64,000 nt of DNA. It comes from a virus. Shown here one piece after another: positions 22,166 through 32,067 of the stretch; position 1 is the first letter of the stretch, and every line of letters begins with the position of its first letter. The DNA lies in IMG/VR virus record IMGVR_UViG_3300009163_003337, positions 1 to 64,000 of that record. One strand, written 5' to 3'. The notes below the pieces were generated by a model. That model saw only the letters and a list, made by a program, of their open reading frames with translations, ran no database searches and was not told where the DNA came from. The position numbers and the translations under genes were made by a program.

Positions 22166-22505
22166 ACCTCATTGTATGTGATAATTGTAATTTATCAAGC
22201 AATTCTGGGATATCTTGTAAAATTTCATTACCAATATTATCAATAACATTTAAAATTGGTCTTGTAAGTCTTGTTTTCACCTGTGGATTTTTTTCTGCTG
22301 CAAGAACCATATTCCTAATATCTAAGAGATTTTTATAGAGTATACTAATTAATTCTTGCGACTTATCAAAGTCGAAGGGTAATACTTGAGGAGCAATATG
22401 TGTTGCTTTTTCATCCTTGAATTTTTGAATTTGACTTTGAGTGTTAAGATTGTTAATTGGATTAGGAGCTATACCTACACTATAAGGATTAGTTGCGATT
22501 GGCAT
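22158..22505 (-). CDS. Hypothetical late protein
   Basis: CATAAATA 6 nt upstream on the - strand. Confidence 0.6.
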   Translation of the reverse strand: MPIATNPYSVGIAPNPINNLNTQSQIQKFKDEKATHIAPQVLPFDFDKSQELISILYKNLLDIRNMVLAAEKNPQVKTRLTRPILNVIDNIGNEILQDIPELLDKLQLSHTMRYE

Positions 22506-22511
22506 TATAAA

Positions 22512-22533
22512 TATTTATGCATTGGCATAAATA
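22512..22533. promoter_or_regulatory. Back-to-back divergent late promoters (CATAAATA twice)
   Basis: - strand copy at 22512-22519 (6 nt to ATG 22505); + strand copy at 22526-22533 (5 nt to ATG 22539). Confidence 0.65.
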
Positions 22534-22538
22534 TATTT

Positions 22539-22976
22539 ATGACGAAGTTTGAATCAAGATTTTTGAGAGTTTTAAGTGAGCAAGATATGGACCGTCAAGC
22601 GATGGAACAGTCACTTGATCAAGGCACGGATCCTGGTAAGTTTGATGTTAGTCCTACTAATGGCAATACAGATGCTGCGTCTCAACACCTTGCTGCTGCT
22701 GCTCAAGTTACTGCACAACAGCATGCCGAGTATGTAAAGCAAATAGAAGGTTGGTTTGCTGAAGTAAGAGAAATTTATAAGTTTCTTAATGCCTCGGATG
22801 GCGCGTCTATACTATCAGTAATATCTAATGCACCGGAAAAAACAATATTAAGCGAGGCTCTTGGTGAGAAAGCGTGTAGTCTAATAGAAAGAGCTGCAAA
22901 GGAAATTAGTGCTCTTAGCACCCTGCTAGAGTCCGCTATAAGCTCAAAGACTAAGCCTGAACTTGCAGGAGTCTAA
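22539..22976 (+). CDS. Hypothetical late protein, candidate head-internal protein
   Basis: Start moved to ATG 22539 (MTKFESRFLRVLSEQ), directly after the late promoter. Confidence 0.65.
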   Translation: MTKFESRFLRVLSEQDMDRQAMEQSLDQGTDPGKFDVSPTNGNTDAASQHLAAAAQVTAQQHAEYVKQIEGWFAEVREIYKFLNASDGASILSVISNAPEKTILSEALGEKACSLIERAAKEISALSTLLESAISSKTKPELAGV

Positions 22977-24018
22977 ATTTTTTAATCTCTGAAAGCTTAA
23001 TAACCCCTTCAAGAGAATTGAAGGTGTTTTTTTGTATAAATTCTGCTGATATTTCGTCTACCTTACAATATATGGCGATATCGTTAAAGTCTTTAAATCG
23101 CTTACCGATTTTTTCAGGCCATATAAACACATTCTCACCGTTTAGTAGTAATGTCTCTGATTTCTTAAGTGAAGCATTATCAATCCACTGACTATCAAGT
23201 ACCCATATACGATCCATCCACCTTAGTGTTGTATCAACTTGTTTTTGCTGCCTTTCAGTAAACGTCGCGTTACCTCTTTCTGTAATTCCAGCTACTGCAA
23301 CACTATTTTTTGTAAAAAACGCATTAATAGGACCTTCAAAGATAAAAACACTCTTACTATCACTAGTAACCTTATCTATATTAAAGAGAGTCTTTTCAGC
23401 ATTAATTCTCGAAACATATTTTGGTCGCGTCTTATTATCACTAGGTATTATTGTTCTAGATTGGTAGAATTCAATGTTACCCTGTTCACTTTTAAAAGGT
23501 AACACTAACCGATTTTTATGAACAGGATCTGTAAGTGATAGATAGAGGTTGTCAGGGCGGTTCACCGCTGTATCTAGACGTCTACCGTGAATTAATGCTA
23601 AACAAGCGGATACAACGGGATTTGTACTGTAAAACTTAAGCTGCTGACTGTCACTCAAGTTAATAGAGTCTTTAGGTAGGGTTTCTGTCTTAGGCCTTAC
23701 TAGAGGCTCATCAATAATAGGCAAAATCTCACGTTCACCAGTATAATTCTCAACTTCTGCAATAATTTCTGTATCAGTCTTACCCGATACTTCCTTAATC
23801 CACGTATAAGGCTTTCCAGACCAACCACAATTATGACAAAAGATATTGTCATTTTTTGGAATATAATAACAACGCTTTTTGTTGCCAAATGAAGAACCGC
23901 TACCCTCTCTACAAATAACACAACTTGCTTGGTAAGTATTATTAAACTTATTACGCTTAGGTCGGTGTGAATATTGAAAGAATTTTTCTACAATATAATC
24001 TTCTGGTAAACTAATCAT
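22951..24018 (-). CDS. gp61: DNA primase
   Basis: C..C...CHNCG zinc finger; TOPRIM FEGP+NA and KD.ND. Confidence 0.9.
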   Translation of the reverse strand: MISLPEDYIVEKFFQYSHRPKRNKFNNTYQASCVICREGSGSSFGNKKRCYYIPKNDNIFCHNCGWSGKPYTWIKEVSGKTDTEIIAEVENYTGEREILPIIDEPLVRPKTETLPKDSINLSDSQQLKFYSTNPVVSACLALIHGRRLDTAVNRPDNLYLSLTDPVHKNRLVLPFKSEQGNIEFYQSRTIIPSDNKTRPKYVSRINAEKTLFNIDKVTSDSKSVFIFEGPINAFFTKNSVAVAGITERGNATFTERQQKQVDTTLRWMDRIWVLDSQWIDNASLKKSETLLLNGENVFIWPEKIGKRFKDFNDIAIYCKVDEISAEFIQKNTFNSLEGVIKLSEIKKFRLLQVQA

Positions 24019-24890
24019 ACAAACATTGATAATAGACGACTTTTTACAAAAAACAAGTTATACCAGTCTTCTCTCTTATTAAGAATAGAATTAATATCAT
24101 GCTCTTGGCATAATTCAATAAACTGTTGAAAGTTAGGCACGCAACTCAAAACAGCTGGCATTTGATTCTGATAATACATTAATTCATCACGGTTGTCAAT
24201 AGATCTATATCTATCTAAGCGAAATATCTCCAAATTGCGTGTAAATATTAACTGCTCTTCTGTCGTGAGTTTAATATTGCCGTTCAGGTACTGTTGTACT
24301 CTAACCTTACCGAATTTAGGAATACCCGATACATTATCAGATTTATCACCCGTAAGACACTTAATAGTCATGAAATTAGCTTGATCATAACCTACAAGTG
24401 TAGTAAAGTTATCTTGATTTACTTCTGTTTTACGTATTGGATCGTAAACAGCTACCTTAGCATTAACCAACTGCAAGAAGTCCTTATCAGCAGATACAAT
24501 TATCTTAGAGCCTTCAAGCGACTCAGATAAGTATGCAATAACATCATCAGCTTCTAAACTACGTGGAAAGATAGACTGTATACCTAAGGTATAAAGAAAT
24601 TCTTTAATCGTTTCATTATTTTTATGCGGCGACTCATCACTAGACCTGTTACCCTTATAATCTGTTAAAAGATCTTTACGCGTATTACGTTGATAATCCG
24701 GCTTTTCATCCCAACATGCGATGATTTTATCTGGTTTATAAGTATTAACGTAGCTTTTAATTGCATTGAGTGTAAAGTAAATATGAAAACTATCTAGTTT
24801 AGCTTGATTTTCAGTACCTGCAACATTCTTTGCCGTCCAAAAAGTGCGGTGTATTGCATTATTCATATCCATTAGGAGAGTCTTACTCAT
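24015..24890 (-). CDS. rnh: RNase H / 5'-3' exonuclease
   Basis: YK.NR, EADD.IA, S.DKDF.QL and GD.SDN+.GI motifs. Confidence 0.92.
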   Translation of the reverse strand: MSKTLLMDMNNAIHRTFWTAKNVAGTENQAKLDSFHIYFTLNAIKSYVNTYKPDKIIACWDEKPDYQRNTRKDLLTDYKGNRSSDESPHKNNETIKEFLYTLGIQSIFPRSLEADDVIAYLSESLEGSKIIVSADKDFLQLVNAKVAVYDPIRKTEVNQDNFTTLVGYDQANFMTIKCLTGDKSDNVSGIPKFGKVRVQQYLNGNIKLTTEEQLIFTRNLEIFRLDRYRSIDNRDELMYYQNQMPAVLSCVPNFQQFIELCQEHDINSILNKREDWYNLFFVKSRLLSMFV

Positions 24891-24896
24891 ATACCC

Positions 24897-24912
24897 ATAT
24901 TATCATAGTTCC
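24897..24912 (-). promoter_or_regulatory. GGAAC-N5-TAATAT putative promoter
   Basis: GGAAC TATGA TAATAT, 6 nt before the rnh ATG. Confidence 0.55.
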
Positions 24913-24935
24913 TTATAAATTTAATAATAGCAATT

Positions 24936-25202
24936 CTATGCCTCGACAGATTCATTTTGTTCATACAACGCTAAACATACCTTAAACACGTCATCTGGTA
25001 CTGTCTCTACATATTTAAGTATATCATTACTTCTTGCAAGCTCATATGACTCAAAAGGTACATGCCTGTTCTTTTTTGTAGGTATAGCAAGAAAATTATG
25101 AGTCGTAGATGTTGTTTTAACAAACAACATCATTTCACCAGCATATTGACCATGGTGTACAGCGTATACACTACCTATTGTCGGTATATCATGATTGCTC
25201 AT
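24936..25202 (-). CDS. Hypothetical protein
   Basis: ORF within the replication operon. Confidence 0.6.
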   Translation of the reverse strand: MSNHDIPTIGSVYAVHHGQYAGEMMLFVKTTSTTHNFLAIPTKKNRHVPFESYELARSNDILKYVETVPDDVFKVCLALYEQNESVEA

Positions 25203-25515
25203 TAGTCTCAATTTGAGATATGCCGTGTGTAATTAAGCTAGTAATTATTACCTCCATTGACGATGTCTTAAGTGAGTAATTTCGTGGATATAAACGACCA
25301 CCATCATTAAACTCAAACATCATTTCACCCTTAAAATCCTTGTTTTCATAACATGTAATAAATAGTGAAGCATTACCTGGATCAACTAGAATTGTCCACT
25401 TTCTAGGGTCCGAATTAGCATAACACGTATTTATTTTCCAGGTGTTAATCTGGCAGTCTTTTAAGCGCTTTACAAAATACGATAGTGTTGTGATTTTATT
25501 TTTAAGTATTCTCAT
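25189..25515 (-). CDS. Hypothetical protein
   Basis: ORF overlapping the end of the clamp gene. Confidence 0.6.
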   Translation of the reverse strand: MRILKNKITTLSYFVKRLKDCQINTWKINTCYANSDPRKWTILVDPGNASLFITCYENKDFKGEMMFEFNDGGRLYPRNYSLKTSSMEVIITSLITHGISQIETNEQS

Positions 25516-26246
25516 TGTGTTAGTGATGTGATTATATACGTAAGTTTAATATCAGGTGATACTATACTAAAGCAACATATACCATGCTCAGTATTAATAC
25601 TTACATCAATAGTATTGTTTATCACATTTAAAAGTTTAATATTATCTAAGTTTAGAGGTAGCGGTAAAAGCTCAAAATCTACAATTCCAAGATCTAGGCA
25701 AAGTGCATCAGTGTTATGCCTAGCTCTGTCAGTAAGCTCTGCTTTAAGAGACTTACCGTCCGTATACAAATATAATTTATTTGTATCTGTTGCAAAAGTA
25801 CTACCTTTTATAATATTTTGTAAAACCTCTTTCGTTATTTGAAAGTTAATATTATACTTAAACCCTTTAATTTTTTCAACATTAATAGATGGCTTACTAA
25901 GTAGTCCATCTTCATATAGATGATATTTAAATTTAAGACTATTACCTTCATATTGATAGTTATTTGAATTAACTATTAATTTAATATCCTTCGTATTAAT
26001 ACTATCTAGAACTCTTATAAGCTTCTTAACATCTGGTATATTATTTGTAGCTGTAAAGTTAGTATCGATTGAAGATAGCTCTGCGGATAAAATAAGTGTA
26101 TTATCCGCAGAGCAAGCTAAGCAAGAAATAGAGCCCCCACCTTCTTCATGAATATTTAAAATTGCTGACTCATTTACCTTTGATAAACTGTCTAAAAATT
26201 TTATAAATTCAGAACGCTTTTGTATCTTTAGTTCTCTTTGATCCAT
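25512..26246 (-). CDS. gp45: Sliding clamp, gp45-like
   Basis: About 244 aa with an alternating alpha/beta clamp pattern (L.SLSK+N...IL, I.D+KKL+..L); sits beside gp32 and rnh. Confidence 0.65.
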   Translation of the reverse strand: MDQRELKIQKRSEFIKFLDSLSKVNESAILNIHEEGGGSISCLACSADNTLILSAELSSIDTNFTATNNIPDVKKLIRVLDSINTKDIKLIVNSNNYQYEGNSLKFKYHLYEDGLLSKPSINVEKIKGFKYNINFQITKEVLQNIIKGSTFATDTNKLYLYTDGKSLKAELTDRARHNTDALCLDLGIVDFELLPLPLNLDNIKLLNVINNTIDVSINTEHGICCFSIVSPDIKLTYIITSLTQ

Positions 26247-26625
26247 TGTATGTCTCAAGTGTAGATGCTATATTAGCTAAGTTCAAGCTTATTGATTGTA
26301 ATACCTCCAATACTTTATCACTTACAACTACTGGCTGTACTTCAGCCATATGTACAATTGGTGTAACAACTTCATCGTATACAGGTAAATCCGGTGTATT
26401 AGGTATAGGAGAGGTAGCTAATTCAGCAGATATATAAGGTTGATCATCTGCGCGTTCACGGGTTGTTGAACGTAAAACTTCACCAAACTGCTTTTCGATA
26501 CCAACACTTATTGGGTTAATATTGCCAGAGTTACTCATTACCATTTGATCTGTTTGCTTGGCTAAACCATGCATAGTACCAGCAAATGCAAGAAACGCTT
26601 GCTTTTCTGCTTCTGTCATGTGCAT
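26209..26625 (-). CDS. Hypothetical protein
   Basis: ORF between gp32 and the clamp. Confidence 0.6.
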   Translation of the reverse strand: MHMTEAEKQAFLAFAGTMHGLAKQTDQMVMSNSGNINPISVGIEKQFGEVLRSTTRERADDQPYISAELATSPIPNTPDLPVYDEVVTPIVHMAEVQPVVVSDKVLEVLQSISLNLANIASTLETYNGSKRTKDTKAF

Positions 26626-26628
26626 AAA

Positions 26629-27480
26629 TTATAGATCTTTTAGAAGTTCGTCGATTTCATCATCAATTGATGTATCTTGATATTGTGGCTTTTTAAATGG
26701 TGGAGCTTCTTCCTGAATAGGGCTAGCTTTAACATAAGTCTGAGCTGGTGATACAGTAGCTTCTTCTGCTGATCTACAGTAGTAATGCTCGTCAATCATT
26801 TGCTTTAGGTCATCGTACGATTTAAGAGTAAAGACCTTTGTAAGGTCAAAAGTATTATCATAGATTTTCTTTTGCTCATCTTCACTCAAGCTAAGCTTAC
26901 CTGCTGATGTAAATCTTGAAGATACATAGGTTGGAAACTCTCCTTGATTTTCACACTTAATTTTAAAATTGACTCCTGTAGAACCAAGATCAAAGATCCG
27001 CGGACCAAACTCCTCCGCATCTTCACCTTCGATGGCTTCCATGATAATCTTATGAAGCTGCTTACCGTATCGAAGAATTTTAACCTTACCGTTATTATCA
27101 GGATTCTGCGAATCGTCTACCACATAGACATTAACGAGATACTTCTCAATACGCTTAATAACTTTAACCTTTTCTTTATCATCTTCTGAGCCTGACCGTA
27201 AAATTTTAAATCGCTCTTCAGCGATTGGATCACGATCACCGAACGTCATCGGAGAAAGAGCTTGTACGTACTGACCCGTTGCAAACGATGGCCAACCGTG
27301 ATTATAATAGTGGAAGAATGTGTTCTTTGGATCTTTAGCGAACGGCAGCAATCTAACTGTATAGGTATGACCTGGTGAAGTCTTCATGATTTCATTAAAG
27401 GTAGAGTTGCTATTTTCACCCTCTGTCTTAACGAGGGCGTCTTTTATGGATTGAAACATAGATGTATTGAATGTACTCAT
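26629..27480 (-). CDS. gp32: Single-stranded DNA-binding protein
   Basis: +R+LP, Y..NVYVV.D..NP.NNGKV.+.RYGK.L..II, FD...G.NFK+K, Y..S.F; acidic tail DDEIDELLKDL. Confidence 0.92.
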   Translation of the reverse strand: MSTFNTSMFQSIKDALVKTEGENSNSTFNEIMKTSPGHTYTVRLLPFAKDPKNTFFHYYNHGWPSFATGQYVQALSPMTFGDRDPIAEERFKILRSGSEDDKEKVKVIKRIEKYLVNVYVVDDSQNPDNNGKVKILRYGKQLHKIIMEAIEGEDAEEFGPRIFDLGSTGVNFKIKCENQGEFPTYVSSRFTSAGKLSLSEDEQKKIYDNTFDLTKVFTLKSYDDLKQMIDEHYYCRSAEEATVSPAQTYVKASPIQEEAPPFKKPQYQDTSIDDEIDELLKDL

Positions 27481-27517
27481 TGATTTGTTGGTTTATATTT
27501 TATTGGCTTGTTATTTA

Positions 27518-28180
27518 TTATACGCTGGTAGTTTGACTTTGCAAGAGCTGAATTTCTATTATTTTAAGAGCTGCACTAATAACGTGCTTTAGTTTTTGTG
27601 ATTGCGCAAGGATTAGACGCGTTTTATTTAGAATATCGTGAAAGTCTTTTATAAAGAAGTCGAGTAGGTCAGGCTCTACTAGCTTAAGTGTTTTACTGCA
27701 TTCTAATCCGTGGAGGATATAAAAATTTATCTTGTGATCTCGTAGGTGCTGCAATACAATTGGATTATTACCTAAATTGATTACTTTATATTGCGCTAAG
27801 GTTATATTATTTGCACGACAGTATCGAAGAATAAAAGTACAGCTTCTCTTGCAAGCGTTGATTGTATCTTCAGTATCGGGTAATGCTGTTTCTTTTTTGC
27901 GTATGTATGTTGTATAGCACGCTATTGCTTTTGATGTTTTAAAGAACTGTAGGTCAAAGTATGTCTCATCTTGATATACTTTATATGGTGCCGTAAAAAA
28001 CTCTAACATGTTGACTTCGTTGTTTGAAGCAAACAAGAAGTTTAGCTTCTTAAGAGCAATGTAGTCTGCATCTGAGAGTTTGTCGAAGTTTTGACGTAAT
28101 TTAAAAGGTAACCCCTTAATAGTACGTTGAGCGATAAGAAAAGAATTGTATATTTTTTTTTCTACTTCTGTTAGAGGCAT
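27518..28180 (-). CDS. Hypothetical protein, possibly a gp59-like helicase loader
   Basis: 220 aa helical protein directly upstream of gp32, matching the position and size of T4 gp59; no motif match. Confidence 0.35.
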   Translation of the reverse strand: MPLTEVEKKIYNSFLIAQRTIKGLPFKLRQNFDKLSDADYIALKKLNFLFASNNEVNMLEFFTAPYKVYQDETYFDLQFFKTSKAIACYTTYIRKKETALPDTEDTINACKRSCTFILRYCRANNITLAQYKVINLGNNPIVLQHLRDHKINFYILHGLECSKTLKLVEPDLLDFFIKDFHDILNKTRLILAQSQKLKHVISAALKIIEIQLLQSQTTSV

Positions 28181-28464
28181 AATTTAGCATTGTTGTTCAA
28201 ATATTTAGTTATGTACTTACTTTTGGTAATAGTAGGATCATAATCTAAAAATATTTTAACTACCTCGTAATTAGATTCAACTCCTAAAATTGCTTTGAGT
28301 ATATTTCTTAAGGTTTCATCCTGTAGGGCTATAATAAACACATTTTGAAACGATAGTTTCTTGCCTTTAAGTAAAGTACAGAAAGAACAAAATGAAAGTA
28401 GAATGTGTTCACTCTCTAAGTCTATTGTCCTCTGATATGGTGTCGTTATAGGTGTTAGGTACAT
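28171..28464 (-). CDS. Hypothetical protein
   Basis: 97 aa ORF overlapping both neighbours. Confidence 0.55.
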   Translation of the reverse strand: MYLTPITTPYQRTIDLESEHILLSFCSFCTLLKGKKLSFQNVFIIALQDETLRNILKAILGVESNYEVVKIFLDYDPTITKSKYITKYLNNNAKLCL

Positions 28465-28895
28465 ATGTTTAATATCTTTGTAAAATTTAAAAAATTAGCT
28501 GTAAATTTACCCGTTACAGATGTTGTAGTATGAGTTATAGTGTTAGCAGCACAAAAGATAGCGGCAAGCTTTAAAATGTCTATAGTGCATCTATCTTTAA
28601 TGTAAAACATTGTAAGTTCTCTTGTTAATACAGATACAATAATTACAATGTCGGCTGAATACTTTTTAAAGCCATAATCAGCTAATTCTTTATAAAAGCT
28701 ATCAGCAAAGCAGCTGATGACATTGTGTGTTTTAATTTTACCTGAATAAAAGGTCGCTTGCTCAATACAATCTTTATACTTCAATAAGTATAACTTGATA
28801 TCTCTTAACTCATGAGTGTTGAAGTCTCGGTTACCGCTTCTATATGACTCTACCATGGTAGATACACTAGTATCATTAATAATATCTACGTTCAC
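28455..28895 (-). CDS. Hypothetical protein, possibly a degenerate DHHA1-like domain
   Basis: ELAD......ADIVI+V, ID+.KLA..F and G+F...F..F loosely resemble a DHH C-terminal domain lacking GGGH. Confidence 0.35.
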   Translation of the reverse strand: MNVDIINDTSVSTMVESYRSGNRDFNTHELRDIKLYLLKYKDCIEQATFYSGKIKTHNVISCFADSFYKELADYGFKKYSADIVIIVSVLTRELTMFYIKDRCTIDILKLAAIFCAANTITHTTTSVTGKFTANFLNFTKILNICT

Positions 28896-28924
28896 AGTAA
28901 ATATTTAACCAAATAGTAGTAAAA

Positions 28925-30244
28925 TCAACTACTTAGCGCCTGTATTGCATTATATGAACTATCAGACTCATTTATACTAAAATCCTCCTCAGACTGCGTA
29001 ATAGTTAGGGTAGAATAATCAATTCTCATAGCTTGAGTATGGCCTCTTGGACCATATCTATTCTTCATCATACCTAGTCTAATAATACCTAATTCTCTAT
29101 CTTCTGCGTTCTGATAGATAGATACAATAACATCAGCTGTAGCAGCTAAACCTACACTCTCGGAGATAGTAGCTAGGTCAGGGTTATCACTACCAAATCC
29201 TTGACGATTTAGTTGTGTAGCGCTAATTATCGGACAGTTAAATATATAGGTCATAGCGCGGACCTGCTCTGTTACGTTTTTAATTCTCTCGTATGAATTA
29301 CTACCTACCGTGGAGTGTAGTAGGTTAAGGTAATCAAGCACAATAGCATCAATCTTAATGCCTTTATCTATAATCTTCTTAATAAAAGCCTTGAGTTGGT
29401 TAGGTGTGACTGTGCTAGGAGGAAACTCCTTAATAAACATATGACCTTTACCTTCTTCCTGTTGCTCTCTTATTGCTTGCTTCAGCGATTGAGCATTAAT
29501 TGCTAATTCTTTAAGAGGTATCTTACTAACGTTGGAGCATATACGACGAGCATACAGCAATTCCGACATCTCAAGAGTAATTAATAACACATTCTTACCC
29601 TGATTAACAATATTAGTAGCTATATTACCTAAAAAGATTGACTTTCCAATATTTGTCTCACCTGCAAACACATATAATGCTCGACCATTCTCTTGAAATC
29701 CTCCATTTAATGCCTCATCAAACCAACTCCAAGTACTCGGAATAGCTTTCTGTAGGCTTGTTAGATCTTCAACAATTAAATCAATATCTCTATATAAATC
29801 AAGACCTCTATCAGTTACAAGACTAATATTGCACGATGTCTCAAATTTATTAAGTATTTCAGAGGTATCTACCGTACCTTTAGCTATATCACCCGCAACA
29901 TCGAGCATAGTATAATATACAGACTTTTCCTTAATGAATCTCTCCGTATTATCATATAATTCTGACTTGTCAATATTCTTGTCAAGGTCTTTAAATGATT
30001 CAACAAGCTGCTTAAATGATTCTCTAAACTCATCAGTAGTAAGGTAAGCTTTAACCTCAGTAAGAGTAGGAAGTTTTTCACGCCTTGTATAGAAATCATT
30101 AATAATTTCAAATATCTTAGCAATATTTTTTGATTTAAAATACTTCGGCTTGATATAGTCTACAATTGAAGCAAGATACGTTGAGTCAGTTAAAGATCGG
30201 TAGCATAAAATTTTTTCAAAATAATCATTATCTAAATCACTCAC
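28925..30244 (-). CDS. gp41: Replicative DNA helicase
   Basis: Walker A GETNIGKS; ITLEM, DYLNL, SATQLNR, SES.G...TAD, KNRYG. Confidence 0.95.
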   Translation of the reverse strand: MSDLDNDYFEKILCYRSLTDSTYLASIVDYIKPKYFKSKNIAKIFEIINDFYTRREKLPTLTEVKAYLTTDEFRESFKQLVESFKDLDKNIDKSELYDNTERFIKEKSVYYTMLDVAGDIAKGTVDTSEILNKFETSCNISLVTDRGLDLYRDIDLIVEDLTSLQKAIPSTWSWFDEALNGGFQENGRALYVFAGETNIGKSIFLGNIATNIVNQGKNVLLITLEMSELLYARRICSNVSKIPLKELAINAQSLKQAIREQQEEGKGHMFIKEFPPSTVTPNQLKAFIKKIIDKGIKIDAIVLDYLNLLHSTVGSNSYERIKNVTEQVRAMTYIFNCPIISATQLNRQGFGSDNPDLATISESVGLAATADVIVSIYQNAEDRELGIIRLGMMKNRYGPRGHTQAMRIDYSTLTITQSEEDFSINESDSSYNAIQALSS

Positions 30245-30308
30245 AAACTAATACTATAATTAAAGTTTCTATTATCAATCATTTATCCAACTCTTCTCAT
30301 AATCAGTC

Positions 30309-30977
30309 TTACAGCTTACCCTTCCACTTGTTTAAAAACCACGCTTGTCCCTCTAAAAACTCCGGGGTAAATTCTCTTAGACCTGGGGAAGCGTGTGTAA
30401 TCATAATATCAGATACACCTAATTTAAATCCTGCTTTATGACACTGCAAACTAAAATCTAAATCATAATGGTGAAACTTTGCTGGATTTGTTTCATCAAA
30501 TCTTACGGTTTCAAATACTCGTCGATGAATTGCTAAGAATACGCCGTCGAGTAGTACTACACGTCTTGGATAGGTTCCAAAAGCCGTCATATTTTTTTGT
30601 GTTTCCGTACCATGAGCAACAGCACCGTGTAGTTTACCACCTTCAAATCCACCTCCCATTATATGCCACAAGGCGGGCTCCTGTAATTTACATTCTGTAG
30701 TTCCAGCCACACCAACAACATCATACTCTGTATTCAATAAGCTTGGAATTTTATATATAATATCCGATTCAATGATTACATCATCATGACACAGTACGAG
30801 GTAGTCTTTCTTACCCTCGATAGCTAAATCAATTGCACGATTATAGACTTCCGGTAGTGATGAAGTATTTTTTTCTTTATATATAAATTGATTGAAGGTT
30901 GATACATTTTTATATAGGAGGGTATCTTTTCGGCTGCCTTTTGTAGCTGAGAAATATAGTGTTTTGTATTTTGACAT
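30309..30977 (-). CDS. GT-A (GT2-like) glycosyltransferase
   Basis: YN.AI, LCHDDV, +DGVF+A, FDE...FHHYD+DF. Confidence 0.8.
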   Translation of the reverse strand: MSKYKTLYFSATKGSRKDTLLYKNVSTFNQFIYKEKNTSSLPEVYNRAIDLAIEGKKDYLVLCHDDVIIESDIIYKIPSLLNTEYDVVGVAGTTECKLQEPALWHIMGGGFEGGKLHGAVAHGTETQKNMTAFGTYPRRVVLLDGVFLAIHRRVFETVRFDETNPAKFHHYDLDFSLQCHKAGFKLGVSDIMITHASPGLREFTPEFLEGQAWFLNKWKGKL

Positions 30978-30981
30978 AAGA

Positions 30982-31647
30982 TTATATAAATAAAAATGGC
31001 GATTTGGTCTCGAATGTATCAGCGATCTTCCACTCTTTAAATTCAGATAGTACCATAATCACCCCTTCTGGTAGTAATTTAAACCCTTCACCACCAAGGG
31101 TAGAGATATCACCGGTGTCATTGTAATGAAGAATAGATCCCTGTCTTGCAATATAAACTTCATTAGTATCTGTATCTATTACACACAGCGCAAAGGTTCC
31201 TTCGAGTCTACCGAGAACCTTTTTAATAAGAGTATGAGCTAAGCACTCACCGTTACATTCTTCAGTAAAGTGTTGTAGTAAGTTAGGAATTACGGCGGTA
31301 TCAACAGGATTTACATCCCAATCTACAAATTCTGCTACTAAACTCTTCGAATTAGTAAGTACACCATTGTGAACAACAGACCATGAAAGAGATTCAAAGG
31401 GGTGAGATGTATCATATGACCAGTAGCGGGCAGCTGATGTAGGTGCCTGGACGTGCCCTATATAGTAATCACATCTCTCATCTAACTGAATTTGGTTAAA
31501 ATCGAGCGTACCTTGCTTTTTAATAACTTGCTGCTCGTTTCCATTGTAAAGACAAAGAACTCCACTAGCAAAATTACCGCGAGGTAGATTACCTTCATAT
31601 AATACTTCAAATTTTGATACATTGTTAGATCCTATAATTGCGCAAAT
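30982..31647 (-). CDS. Class-II (Ntn) glutamine amidotransferase, stand-alone
   Basis: CAIIG N-terminus; RG...G, GH..APT, HPF, HNG.+.N, DT.VI, G.FA. The codon before the Cys is ATT, not ATG. Confidence 0.8.
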   Translation of the reverse strand: MCAIIGSNNVSKFEVLYEGNLPRGNFASGVLCLYNGNEQQVIKKQGTLDFNQIQLDERCDYYIGHVQAPTSAARYWSYDTSHPFESLSWSVVHNGVLTNSKSLVAEFVDWDVNPVDTAVIPNLLQHFTEECNGECLAHTLIKKVLGRLEGTFALCVIDTDTNEVYIARQGSILHYNDTGDISTLGGEGFKLLPEGVIMVLSEFKEWKIADTFETKSPFLFI

Positions 31648-31719
31648 AATTAAGCTTCTCACTCCTCTCTTAAAAGTATTAAAATAATAAAAACAATAAT
31701 AAGAATAGCAATCATAATA

Positions 31720-32037
31720 TTATAAATAATCTCTCCTCTCTTTTGGCATTCTCCAAAAAAAGTCAATTTGACCGGTTAAATTGTTTTTGGCTAGAGAGTA
31801 TGTTGGATACTCAATACCATCAGGCATAAGATACCAGGATTTGCGTTCTTTCTTAACTTTTTCAATACCTAAATTTCTTAAAGTATTATATCCAAGACCT
31901 TTTATTTTAAAAAGATCATTGTTTGTACGGAAAGGCTGCATTGCTACAATGCGCTCAGCTACCTTCTTACCTATACCTGGCAGGTTACATATGCCTGTAT
32001 AAGACATTTCATTAAAATCTTCCCAATTTAGTTGCAT
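31720..32037 (-). CDS. Helix-hairpin-helix DNA-binding protein (ComEA-like)
   Basis: LPGIG.K.AERIV..PF....DL.KIKGLG. Confidence 0.85.
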   Translation of the reverse strand: MQLNWEDFNEMSYTGICNLPGIGKKVAERIVAMQPFRTNNDLFKIKGLGYNTLRNLGIEKVKKERKSWYLMPDGIEYPTYSLAKNNLTGQIDFFWRMPKERRDYL

Positions 32038-32041
32038 CTTG

Positions 32042-32049
32042 TATAAATA
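32042..32049 (+). promoter_or_regulatory. T4-type late promoter TATAAATA
   Basis: Exact consensus, 9 nt before ATG 32059. Confidence 0.65.
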
Positions 32050-32051
32050 TT

Positions 32052-32067
32052 ATTATACATGAGTTCC
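32052..32067 (-). promoter_or_regulatory. GGAAC-N5-TATAAT putative promoter
   Basis: GGAAC TCATG TATAAT, 14 nt before the HhH gene ATG. Confidence 0.5.
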
